In this document: positions 15,136-23,953 of the stretch, piece by piece | Layout: each line of letters opens with the position of its first letter | Position numbering within the stretch: the first letter of the stretch is position 1 | Assembly: GCA_045631075.1 (NCBI GenBank) | Contig: JAZQUC010000017.1 | Location: 1-51,114 of the forward strand | Length of the DNA stretch: 51,114 bases | DNA from: Candidatus Fimenecus sp. | GTDB lineage: Bacteria; Bacillota; Clostridia; Oscillospirales; Acutalibacteraceae | Direction: 5' to 3' | Position numbers and translations under genes: made by a program | Notes under the pieces: model-generated | Databases searched by the model: none | Seen by the model: only the letters and a program-made list of their open reading frames with translations | What the model was told of the DNA's origin: nothing

Positions 15136-16389
15136 ATGAAGATTTTCACATCAATTTCTTTAATTGTTTCAGTTCTACTTTCTTTATTAGGTATGGGAAA
15201 AACACCAGATGTAAAAACTTTATCAGAATATAACCATGACAACACATATGAAATGACTATGCTTTCAGTTAATAAACAGGGCTATGTTGTAAATAAAGAT
15301 GGTGAAAAGATAGTTCTTGAAGGTGTAAATATCGGCAATTGGCTTTTGTGGGAAACATGGATGGGCTTTGTTCCTGAATATACTGACAATTGGGCTCATT
15401 ATGATACCCTTGAAGTCTTAATTAAACGATTCGGTGAAGAAAAAACAGCCGAAATCGAAAAGACATTCATGGATAATTTTATTACTGAGGATGATATTGC
15501 ACAAATTGAAAAACTTGGCTTTAATTGCGTTCGTGTGCCGTTTTGGTATCGTAATTTTATGAATGAAGATGGCAGTTGGATTACAATGAATCACGATAAT
15601 AATCCAGGTTTTAAACGAATAGATTGGCTTGTTGAAACTTGTGAAAAATATGGTATATATATTATCTTGGATATGCATGGTGCACCGGGTGGACAGAGTA
15701 AAAATCATAGTACAGGTAAAGCGGGACGAAATGAACTTTACGAAGTAAAGGAAAAAATGGATGCTTGTGTTGAACTTTGGACAGCAATTGCCCAAAGATA
15801 TAAAAATAATGAAATAATTGCTGTATATGACCTTTTGAATGAACCTCAAAATAATGGTGGATATACTGGTGACTATTCGTGGGAGGCAGGTTCACCTGAG
15901 GCTGTTGCACAGACTAACAAAGCATATGATATTCTATATAAAGCAATTAGAGAAATCGATGAAAATCACATAATTTCTTTTGAGGGTATCTGGTCAACAG
16001 ATGTTTTACCAAATCCTGAAGAGCTTGGATACGAAAATGTTATGTATCAGTTACACGTTTACGACAAGGATAGAAATATGATTAACTATCGTGTAAATGA
16101 ACTTCGAAAAATTAGAAAAAACTGGAATGTAGCTGTTTACAATGGCGAATATAACAACGGTGAAAACGAATATTTTGCTCAGATGCTTTATGAATTCTGT
16201 GACATAAATCGTACAAAATGGAATTACAAAACATTTAATGCAGGTAGTCAATGGGGAATTTTTAATCAGAAAGTTTCACGAATTGATATAAAAACTGCAT
16301 CTTATGATGAGATACTTGAATTTGTTAAAAATATTACCCCTACAAGTAAGTTTAATTTTAATGACGTTGAAATGAGCTATTTAGTTTAA
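15136..16389 (+). CDS. Secreted glycoside hydrolase family 5 enzyme
   Basis: Signal-like N-terminus from ATG 15136 (RBS AGGAGA). GFNCVRVPFWY, ILDMHGAPGGQS and the catalytic-acid motif DLLNEP. Confidence 0.85.
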   Translation: MKIFTSISLIVSVLLSLLGMGKTPDVKTLSEYNHDNTYEMTMLSVNKQGYVVNKDGEKIVLEGVNIGNWLLWETWMGFVPEYTDNWAHYDTLEVLIKRFGEEKTAEIEKTFMDNFITEDDIAQIEKLGFNCVRVPFWYRNFMNEDGSWITMNHDNNPGFKRIDWLVETCEKYGIYIILDMHGAPGGQSKNHSTGKAGRNELYEVKEKMDACVELWTAIAQRYKNNEIIAVYDLLNEPQNNGGYTGDYSWEAGSPEAVAQTNKAYDILYKAIREIDENHIISFEGIWSTDVLPNPEELGYENVMYQLHVYDKDRNMINYRVNELRKIRKNWNVAVYNGEYNNGENEYFAQMLYEFCDINRTKWNYKTFNAGSQWGIFNQKVSRIDIKTASYDEILEFVKNITPTSKFNFNDVEMSYLV

Positions 16390-16394
16390 TTCTA

Positions 16395-16423
16395 TTGCGA
16401 AAATTACATTAAAGTGATATAAT
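16395..16423 (+). promoter_or_regulatory. Candidate arabinose operon promoter (TTGCGA-17-TATAAT)
   Basis: TTGCGA 16395-16400 and TATAAT 16418-16423. Confidence 0.55.
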
Positions 16424-16458
16424 AATATGAAATTTTTTACAGTCAGGAGATGTGTAAA

Positions 16459-18060
16459 ATGGATATTCAAGCAATAAAATCTACAATTGAAAACGGTAAC
16501 GTTGTTCTTGGTATTGAAATGGGTTCAACAAGAATTAAAGCCGTTTTGATTGACGAAAAACATAATCCTGTTGCAAGTGGCTCTCACGGATGGGAAAATC
16601 GTTTTGAAAACGGTGTCTGGACATATCATATGGATGATGTTTGGACAGGCCTTCAGGATGCTTATAAAAATCTTAAAGATGAAGTATTCGAGAAATACGG
16701 TGTAAAGCTCACTAAGTTCAAATCTATGGGCTTTTCAGCTATGATGCACGGCTATCTTCCATTCTCAAAGGATGGAAAACAGCTTGCAGAATTCAGAACT
16801 TGGAGAAATACAATTACTGAACAGGCAGCACAGGAACTTACTGAATTATTTAAATTCAATATTCCTCAGCGTTGGAGCATTGCTCATTTGTATCAGGCAA
16901 TCCTTAATGGAGAAGACCATCTTCCACAGATTGATTTCCTTACAACACTTGAAGGTTATGTTCATTGGATGCTTACAGGTGAAAAAGTAATCGGTATCGG
17001 TGAAGCAGCAGGTATGTTCCCAATTGATAGTACAAGAAATTGCTATGATGAAAAAATGGTAGCAGATTTTGATGCTAAAATATCTGATAAAGGATATAGC
17101 TGGAAACTTCTTGATATTTTGCCTAAAATCCTTGTTGCAGGTGATAATGCAGGTGCACTTACAAAAGATGGTGCATTACTTCTTGACCCAACAGGTGAGT
17201 TGGAAGCAGGTTGTCCTCTTTGTCCTCCTGAAGGTGATGCAGGTACTGGTATGGTTGCTACAAACAGTGTTGCTGCAAAAACTGGTAATATTTCAGCGGG
17301 TACATCAATTTTTGGTATGATTGTTCTCGATAAAGCACTCTCAGATGTTTATACAGAAATTGATATGGTTACAACACCAACAGGTAAGCCAGTTGCGATG
17401 GTACACTGTAATACTTGTACATCAGACCTTGATGCTTATGTAAAACTCTTTGCAGAAGTTTTGGTAAATAGCGGTGTAGAGGTTAATAAACCAGCACTTT
17501 ACGATATGCTTTATGCCCAAGCTCTTAAGGGTGATGCAGATTGTAACGGAATCATAAGCTTTAATTATTATTCAGGTGAGCCTGTAACAGATACTGCTGA
17601 AGGCAGACCATTACTTGTGAGAATGCCTGATACTAAATTCAGCCTTGCAAACTTTATGAGAGCACAACTTTATGGCACAATGGCAACACTTCGTCTTGGT
17701 ATGAACATTCTTTTTGATAAAGAAAACGTTAAAATCGAGAAACTTTTAGGTCATGGTGGACTTTTCAAGACTCCGGTTGTAGGACAAAAGCTTATGGCAG
17801 GTGCACTTAATACTCCTGTTGCTGTTATGGAAACAGCAGGTGAAGGTGGTGCTTGGGGAATCGCTCTTCTCGCTTCATATATGGTAAACAAAAACGAAAA
17901 TGAAGCACTTGAAGATTACCTTGAAAACAAAGTTTTTGCTGATTATAAAGCATCTGTAATTGAGCCTGATATAGCAGATGTTGATGGTTTCAATAAATAT
18001 ATTAAGAGATATGAGTCAGCAGTTGCAGTTGAAAAATCTGCTATTGCTAATTTAAAATAA
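16459..18060 (+). CDS. FGGY-family sugar kinase, probable L-ribulokinase (clostridial AraK type)
   Basis: N-terminal actin-fold ATPase motif [14 protein letters not shown] and C-terminal GHGGLFK. First gene of an operon with araA and araD. ATG 16459 is preferred because of AGGAG spacing. Confidence 0.75.
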   Translation: MDIQAIKSTIENGNVVLGIEMGSTRIKAVLIDEKHNPVASGSHGWENRFENGVWTYHMDDVWTGLQDAYKNLKDEVFEKYGVKLTKFKSMGFSAMMHGYLPFSKDGKQLAEFRTWRNTITEQAAQELTELFKFNIPQRWSIAHLYQAILNGEDHLPQIDFLTTLEGYVHWMLTGEKVIGIGEAAGMFPIDSTRNCYDEKMVADFDAKISDKGYSWKLLDILPKILVAGDNAGALTKDGALLLDPTGELEAGCPLCPPEGDAGTGMVATNSVAAKTGNISAGTSIFGMIVLDKALSDVYTEIDMVTTPTGKPVAMVHCNTCTSDLDAYVKLFAEVLVNSGVEVNKPALYDMLYAQALKGDADCNGIISFNYYSGEPVTDTAEGRPLLVRMPDTKFSLANFMRAQLYGTMATLRLGMNILFDKENVKIEKLLGHGGLFKTPVVGQKLMAGALNTPVAVMETAGEGGAWGIALLASYMVNKNENEALEDYLENKVFADYKASVIEPDIADVDGFNKYIKRYESAVAVEKSAIANLK

Positions 18061-18072
18061 GGAGAAAATATT

Positions 18073-19551
18073 ATGAGTTTAAAAAATTATGAATTTTGGT
18101 TTGTGGTTGGTAGTCAGTTCCTTTATGGTCCTGAAGTTTTAGAAACAGTTGCAGCTCGTGCACAGGAAATGGTTGATGAGCTTAATGCATCAGGCACTCT
18201 TCCTTGCAAAGTTGTTTATAAAGTAACTGCAAAGACAAATAAGGAAATCACAGCTGTTGTAAGAGAAGCAAACTACGACAAAAAGTGTGCAGGTATCATT
18301 ACTTGGTGCCATACATTCAGCCCATCAAAAATGTGGATTAACGGCTTTGTAGATTTACAGAAGCCATATTGCCATCTTGCAACACAGTATAATACAGAAA
18401 TTCCAAATGACGAAATTGATATGGACTTTATGAACCTTAATCAGGCTGCTCACGGTGACCGTGAACACGGATTTATTGCAGCAAGACTTCGTATGCCTCG
18501 TAAAGTAATCGCAGGTCATTGGACAAAAGAGTCAGTTCGTACTCGTCTTGGTGACTGGATGCGTTCAGCAGTTGGTGTTGCTGTTAGTAAAGAACTTAAA
18601 GTTATGCGTTTCGGTGACAATATGCGTGAAGTTGCTGTTACTGAAGGTGATAAGGTAGAAGTACAGGCAAAACTCGGTTGGCAGGTTAATACTTGGGCAG
18701 TTGGTGACCTTGTAAAGGTTATGAATGAAGTTACTGATGCTGAAATCGACGCATTAATGGATGTTTATAAGGCTGAATATGATTTCAATACAGATAATAT
18801 AGATGCAATCCGTTATCAGGCTCGTGAAGAAATCGCAATGAAGAAAATGCTTGACGCTGAAGGTTGTATGGCATTTTCAAATACATTCCAGGACCTTTAT
18901 GGTATGGAACAGCTTCCTGGTCTTGCAAGTCAGCATTTGATGGCTCAGGGCTATGGCTACGGTGGTGAAGGTGACTGGAAGGTTGCTGCCATGACTGCTA
19001 TTATGAAAGCAATGGCAGAAGGAAAAAATGGTGGTACAGGCTTTATGGAAGACTATACATACCATCTTGTTGAAGGTGAAGAATATAGCCTTGGTGCACA
19101 TATGCTTGAAGTTTGTCCTTCAATGGCAGCTGATAGACCAAGAATTGAAACTCATCACCTTGGAATCGGTATGAATGAAAAAGACCCTGCAAGACTTGTT
19201 TTCGAAGGTAAAGCAGGTAGTGCTATTGTAGTTAGCCTTGTTGATATGGGTGGTCGTCTTCGTCTTATCTGTCAGGACATCGAATGTGTTAAACCAATTA
19301 TGGAAATGCCAAATCTTCCTGTTGCTCGTGTAATGTGGAGAGCGGAGCCATCGCTTGAAACAGGTATCGAATGCTGGATTACAGCCGGTGGTGCTCATCA
19401 TACTGTTCTCAGTTATGATGTTACAGCAGAGCAGATGAAAGACTGGGCAAATATGATGGATATCGAATTTGTTCATATCAATAAAGACACAACAGTTGCA
19501 GGTCTTGAAAAAGATTTATTCCTTGCTGACCTTGCTTGGAAACTTAAATAA
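18073..19551 (+). CDS. araA: L-arabinose isomerase
   Basis: 492 aa. FWFV.GSQ.LYG, the WCHTFSP.KMWI region and MLEVCPS motifs are typical of AraA. Confidence 0.95.
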   Translation: MSLKNYEFWFVVGSQFLYGPEVLETVAARAQEMVDELNASGTLPCKVVYKVTAKTNKEITAVVREANYDKKCAGIITWCHTFSPSKMWINGFVDLQKPYCHLATQYNTEIPNDEIDMDFMNLNQAAHGDREHGFIAARLRMPRKVIAGHWTKESVRTRLGDWMRSAVGVAVSKELKVMRFGDNMREVAVTEGDKVEVQAKLGWQVNTWAVGDLVKVMNEVTDAEIDALMDVYKAEYDFNTDNIDAIRYQAREEIAMKKMLDAEGCMAFSNTFQDLYGMEQLPGLASQHLMAQGYGYGGEGDWKVAAMTAIMKAMAEGKNGGTGFMEDYTYHLVEGEEYSLGAHMLEVCPSMAADRPRIETHHLGIGMNEKDPARLVFEGKAGSAIVVSLVDMGGRLRLICQDIECVKPIMEMPNLPVARVMWRAEPSLETGIECWITAGGAHHTVLSYDVTAEQMKDWANMMDIEFVHINKDTTVAGLEKDLFLADLAWKLK

Positions 19552-19563
19552 GGAGCAGAATAT

Positions 19564-20259
19564 ATGCTTGAACAGTTAAAAAAAGAAGTATTTGAAGCAA
19601 ATATGCTTTTGCCTAAATACGGATTGATTACATTTACATGGGGTAATGTTTCAGGTGTTGACCGTGAAAAAGGGCTAATGGTTATCAAAGCATCAGGTGT
19701 TGAATATGATACGATGAAAGCCGAAGATATGGTTGTTGTTGACCTGAGCACTGGTAAAAAGGTTGAGGGCGACCTAAACCCATCATCTGACACAGACACT
19801 CATGTAGCACTGTATAACGCTTTCCCTGATATAAAAGGTGTTGTTCATACTCATTCTCGTTGGGCAACAACTTTTGCTCAGGCTGGAATGGGTATTCCTG
19901 CACTTGGTACTACTCATGGTGACTATTTCTATGGTGAAATTCCTTGCACAAGAAAAATGACACCTGAAGAAATTGGTGGAAAATACGAGCTCGAAACAGG
20001 TAATGTGATTATTGAAACATTTAATGATAAAGAACCTAACGATATTCCTGCAGTTCTTGTTTACAGTCACGGACCATTCACATGGGGTACTGACCCACAT
20101 AATGCAGTTCATAACGCTGTTGTTTTAGAAGAACTTGCATTTATGGCATGGCACAATATTATGATGAATCCACAGATTCAGCCAATGCAACAGGAACTTC
20201 TCGATAAGCATTATCTCCGTAAGCACGGTGCAAATGCATACTACGGACAAAAGAAATAA
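19564..20259 (+). CDS. araD: L-ribulose-5-phosphate 4-epimerase
   Basis: 231 aa class II aldolase fold. TWGNVSG.DRE..L.VIKASGV.Y and VVHTHS motifs. Confidence 0.93.
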   Translation: MLEQLKKEVFEANMLLPKYGLITFTWGNVSGVDREKGLMVIKASGVEYDTMKAEDMVVVDLSTGKKVEGDLNPSSDTDTHVALYNAFPDIKGVVHTHSRWATTFAQAGMGIPALGTTHGDYFYGEIPCTRKMTPEEIGGKYELETGNVIIETFNDKEPNDIPAVLVYSHGPFTWGTDPHNAVHNAVVLEELAFMAWHNIMMNPQIQPMQQELLDKHYLRKHGANAYYGQKK

Positions 20260-20265
20260 CCTCTT

Positions 20266-20315
20266 GAGCCTCCCTTGTCAAAGGGAGGGGGACCGCGACA
20301 GCGGTGGAGGGATTC
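20266..20315 (+). repeat. GC-rich two-hairpin element (single arm) immediately after the araD stop
   Basis: GCCTCCCTT-GTCA-AAGGGAGG, then ACCGC-GACA-GCGGT, then GGAGGGATTC. Near-identical to the reverse complement of the right arm of 2531-2673. Confidence 0.8.
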
Positions 20316-20356
20316 AAAAAAACGGATATTCCATTCTTGGAATATCCGTTTTTTTA
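20316..20356. terminator. Bidirectional intrinsic terminator between araD and the convergent permease gene
   Basis: AAAAAAA-CGGATATTCCA-TTCT-TGGAATATCCG-TTTTTTT. Confidence 0.85.
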
Positions 20357-20359
20357 TGT

Positions 20360-21466
20360 TTATTTAATTATTAACCATAATCCTAAATTTAATATTAAGA
20401 ACACAATATTCATAATTGTGAATGTCAGTATATACTTCGCTGTACTGACTTTTTCTTTTGCAATAAACTTAAATGAGATAAGACTTGCCATTGATGCAAT
20501 TAAAGTACCAAGTCCACCAAGGTTTACACCAATAAGTAAATCTCGTGCATTTTCAGTAAATTTTGAAAGAAGAATTGCTGCAGGAACATTTGAAAATACC
20601 TGACTTGAAACAACACCAACAATAACCTCATTGTCATTTACTATGCTTTTCAAAAAGTCACTGATAGGCTTAATTTCACCAAGATTTCCGATGAAAATGA
20701 ACAAAAATGTAAAAGTGAGAAGTAAACTGTAATCAACTTTTGTTATCACATTTCTGTTAAAAATAAGTAAAGCAATAACAGTAATAATTACAGTTGCAAT
20801 ATATGGAATAACACGAAAAACAGTTAACAATGAAAGAATAAATAAAACAGCAAAAATTACAATATGTAATTTTGAAAAAGTGTATTTATCTTCTGTTGAA
20901 CCTGATTTGATTTCACCTTTTCTGGTTATAAAGCAAGATATAATAACAAGAACAAGCGATAACAAAGCATAGGGGAGTATTGTAACTAAAAAATCATTCA
21001 TATTCATGTTGAATGCAGAGAATAAATATAAATTCTGTGGATTGCCGATAGGTGTCAGCATGCTTCCAAGGTTTGCAGCTATAGTTTCAACAGTCACAAT
21101 CCATATAAGCTTATCTGTTTTACCGGATAATTTTAATGCAGTAATTGTAAAAGGCACAAATGTAATCAGAGCCACATCATTAGTAATAATCATTGATGAA
21201 AAGAAACAAAGCAATCCTAATATAAGAGAAAGTCCAGAAATGCTTTTTACTTTTGAAAGCATCTTTTTTGCTATGAATTTAAAAACACCCATATTGTTAA
21301 GTCCTGCCATAACAGCCATAAGGCAAAATAACAGACCTAATGTTCTGAAATCAATATATTCCAGGTATTCTTTGTTTGGCGTAACAAAAAACGCTGAAAC
21401 CACTGCAAGAACAAAAGATAATATGAGCACAATTTCATTTTTTATAAATTCTTTAACTTTAAGCAT
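20360..21466 (-). CDS. YbiR/ArsB-NhaD-superfamily anion permease
   Basis: Polytopic protein. ITNDVALITFVPFT and ANLGSMLTPIGNPQNLYLF motifs. The real start is MLKVKEF at 21466 (RBS AGGTGG). The tracked ORF runs further upstream through the tRNA. Confidence 0.8.
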   Translation of the reverse strand: MLKVKEFIKNEIVLILSFVLAVVSAFFVTPNKEYLEYIDFRTLGLLFCLMAVMAGLNNMGVFKFIAKKMLSKVKSISGLSLILGLLCFFSSMIITNDVALITFVPFTITALKLSGKTDKLIWIVTVETIAANLGSMLTPIGNPQNLYLFSAFNMNMNDFLVTILPYALLSLVLVIISCFITRKGEIKSGSTEDKYTFSKLHIVIFAVLFILSLLTVFRVIPYIATVIITVIALLIFNRNVITKVDYSLLLTFTFLFIFIGNLGEIKPISDFLKSIVNDNEVIVGVVSSQVFSNVPAAILLSKFTENARDLLIGVNLGGLGTLIASMASLISFKFIAKEKVSTAKYILTFTIMNIVFLILNLGLWLIIK

Positions 21467-21485
21467 AATATAACCACCTAAAATA

Positions 21486-21515
21486 AATGACCTTTCTTTT
21501 TTTTGAAAGGTCATT
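21486..21515 (-). terminator. Terminator downstream of tRNA-Ser
   Basis: AATGACCTTTC / GAAAGGTCATT stem with an 8-nt loop directly after the tRNA 3' end on the minus strand. Confidence 0.55.
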
Positions 21516-21517
21516 TC

Positions 21518-21609
21518 TGGCGGAGATGAAGAGATTTGAACTCTTGCGCCGCTATTCACGACCTACCGCATTTCGAGTGCGGACCCTTCAACCACTTGGG
21601 TACATCTCC
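21518..21609 (-). tRNA. tRNA-Ser (anticodon CGA) with encoded CCA
   Basis: The reverse complement folds as a cloverleaf: acceptor GGAGATG/CATCTCC, anticodon arm CCGCA-CTCGAAA-TGCGG, long variable arm, T arm AAGAG-TTCAAAT-CTCTT, and 3' GCCA. Confidence 0.9.
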
Positions 21610-21652
21610 GTAACTAACTTCATAATTTTATCAAATCGAATGTTTGTTGTCA

Positions 21653-21682
21653 ACAAAAAACAGTAGGTGAGTACCTACTGTT
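21653..21682 (-). terminator. Intrinsic terminator of the GH43 gene
   Basis: CAGTAGGT-GAGT-ACCTACTG, with a T-run on the minus strand (A-run at 21655-21660). Confidence 0.75.
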
Positions 21683-21689
21683 TTAAACA

Positions 21690-22637
21690 TTATATATGGT
21701 CTTTATATCTTTCTGCTGTGATAATGCCGTCTTCAACATTTAATTTACAGATTCTTGCATTTCTTGCATCAAAAGCACTTGCATTAAGTCCGTCATCATA
21801 ATCACGAGCGTGATAAATTGCATACCACTGACCATCTTCTTTTATCATTGAGTGATGACCTGTACCTTCTTCAAATTCATTTGCCTTAAGAATAGGGAAG
21901 TATGTAGTATCATCAGGATATTTCTCAAATTTAATCTTTGTAAGGTCAGTTTCGTCAGTTTTTGCTCTTGCATAACCAATGTAATACGTAGGCTGTTCAA
22001 AGCAGTTTCCTGAATACATAAGATACTGCCAATCGCCCTCTTTGAAATAGAAAGCGCCTTCAATTGTGTGCCAATGCTGACCTTTCTTATATCTGTCACG
22101 ACAGTAAATGTCTTCGTCAAGAGTAGGCTCAACAACTAAAACAGGGTTTCCTGCTGGTGTGAATGGGTCAAGCATCTTGTCAACATAAATACATGTACCG
22201 ATTCTATCTCCTTCAAAACGATTTGCAGAATAGAAAAGGAAAAGCCCAGCTTCATTCTGTACAATATGTGAGTCAATTGAGAATGGGTGAAGAATCTGCT
22301 TTGTGCCTGTGAAAGGTCCGAGTGGATTATCGGCAACCGAAACGTGCATAGCACCTCTGTGACCACCCTTATCAGGTGTATCGTTGTAAATTTCAATGGA
22401 ATTATACATATAGAATTTGCCATCTAATTCAATAACGCTTGGTGCCCAGAATGAATCGTGATTTGGCATTGTCATAACAACACCATAATACTCCCAACCG
22501 TCAAAAAGGTTGTCTGAATGATAAGCATATATTGCATCGTGACCTGTAACATAGATGTAATATCTGCCATTTGATTTCAAAATATATGGGTCAGCCTGAC
22601 CAACATAATGAGTTTTGTCAACTTTTAATAAATGCAT
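21690..22637 (-). CDS. Glycoside hydrolase family 43 (arabinofuranosidase/xylosidase-type), cytoplasmic
   Basis: 315 aa with no signal peptide. QADPYILK..GRYYIY N-terminal catalytic-base motif, FWAPSV and five-bladed propeller-like repeats. Confidence 0.85.
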   Translation of the reverse strand: MHLLKVDKTHYVGQADPYILKSNGRYYIYVTGHDAIYAYHSDNLFDGWEYYGVVMTMPNHDSFWAPSVIELDGKFYMYNSIEIYNDTPDKGGHRGAMHVSVADNPLGPFTGTKQILHPFSIDSHIVQNEAGLFLFYSANRFEGDRIGTCIYVDKMLDPFTPAGNPVLVVEPTLDEDIYCRDRYKKGQHWHTIEGAFYFKEGDWQYLMYSGNCFEQPTYYIGYARAKTDETDLTKIKFEKYPDDTTYFPILKANEFEEGTGHHSMIKEDGQWYAIYHARDYDDGLNASAFDARNARICKLNVEDGIITAERYKDHI

Positions 22638-22809
22638 ATTATTTCCTCCAAAAGCATAACATTTACTATTGAATTATATAATGATAAAGCAATTATTTCA
22701 ATAGTTACAATAAATTTTGTTATACTTAATTCCAACATTTGGACTATTAACATATTTTCTGACCTCTGTTATACTGTGTATGCATATATGCAGAATAAAG
22801 AGGTGACTT

Positions 22810-23781
22810 ATGAAAAAAATATTATCAATTACTTTAATTATTACAATTATACTGTCGTTATTTATTTTTCCTATTAAATCTTATGGTGCAACTCTTACAT
22901 CACAAGCAGGTGTTGTATCTCTTACAAGTGGAAAATTAAATGTGCGTAAAAGTGCATCAACAAGTAGTACAGTGTTAACATCCTTGTCAAACGGCTCGTA
23001 TATTACTTTGATTTCACTTTCGGCAAATTGGTACTATGTAGAGTACGCTGACGGAAAATATGGATATTGCCATAAGGATTATATTAAACTTGATTCAGGC
23101 AAAACAGCTACTGTCAATACAATTTCAACATCACTTAATGTCCGTTCAGGTGCAGGAACGAACTATCTAGTTAAAGATTCAGTTAAGAAAAGTGATATAG
23201 TAATAATACTTTCAACTTCAGGAAGCTGGAGTAAAATTTTATATGATGGCACAAATACAGGATATGTAAGCAGTCAGTATCTTAAAATAAACCAATCAAC
23301 AAACGCTTATCCGTCAATTTCATTGAGTGTACCTGATTTTAAACAGACAGATTCCCGTTGGGCAAATGTTATAATCGGCAATTCAGGTAAAACAATAGGA
23401 AAAATCGGTTGTGCAACAACAGGTATTGCAATGATGGAATCTTATCGTACAGGTGAAACGATTTATCCAGATGCAATGTCTAAAAAGTTGAGTTATTCAT
23501 CAACAGGTAACTTGTATTGGCCAAGTGATTATGTAGTAGTGACAAGTAGTTCCGATTATCTAAATAAAATTTATCAAAAGCTTAAAGATGGCAAACCTGT
23601 ACTTTTTGGTGCGAAAAATTCTTCAGGTACTCAGCATTGGGTTGTAATTAAAGGATATTCAGGTGGCAACTTATTGAGTGCATCAGGATTTTTAATTAAC
23701 GACCCAGGTACTAAATACAGAACAAATCTTCAACAATTTCTGAATGAATATCCGACATTTTATAAATATTTTTATTATTAA
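22810..23781 (+). CDS. Secreted protein with two SH3b domains and a C-terminal C39-like cysteine-peptidase-type domain
   Basis: Signal peptide. Two LNVR...S....VL..L..G..I copies resembling SH3_3. The C-terminal PDFKQTDSRW....G.SGKTIGKIGCATTGIAMM pattern has a candidate nucleophile Cys and a later HWVVIKGY. Confidence 0.6.
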   Translation: MKKILSITLIITIILSLFIFPIKSYGATLTSQAGVVSLTSGKLNVRKSASTSSTVLTSLSNGSYITLISLSANWYYVEYADGKYGYCHKDYIKLDSGKTATVNTISTSLNVRSGAGTNYLVKDSVKKSDIVIILSTSGSWSKILYDGTNTGYVSSQYLKINQSTNAYPSISLSVPDFKQTDSRWANVIIGNSGKTIGKIGCATTGIAMMESYRTGETIYPDAMSKKLSYSSTGNLYWPSDYVVVTSSSDYLNKIYQKLKDGKPVLFGAKNSSGTQHWVVIKGYSGGNLLSASGFLINDPGTKYRTNLQQFLNEYPTFYKYFYY

Positions 23782-23784
23782 GAA

Positions 23785-23822
23785 AATAAACTGTATCAAA
23801 ATTTATGATACAGTTTATTTTG
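23785..23822 (+). terminator. Intrinsic terminator after the SH3b protein gene
   Basis: AAATAAACTGTATCA ... TGATACAGTTTATTT long stem followed by a T-rich run. Confidence 0.75.
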
Positions 23823-23953
23823 CTATACACTTTATGCTAATGTGTTCAATATTTCTTCAATCTATTGTAATATAATAGTAGTAATGGTAAAATGACTTAT
23901 TAAATATTTTAATATTTTATTCATAATTGTGTATTTAAATTGAGGTGAAATCC

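Noticed and set aside
21467-21559. N-terminal 31-codon extension of the permease ORF
   Set aside because: The extension is the reverse-strand reading of tRNA-Ser and its terminator. A proper RBS (AGGTGG) precedes the internal Met at 21466.
21518-21609. tRNA-Ser as an integration site for a prophage or genomic island
   Set aside because: There is no integrase, no direct repeat of the tRNA 3' end nearby, and the flanking genes (permease, GH43) look like ordinary metabolic genes.
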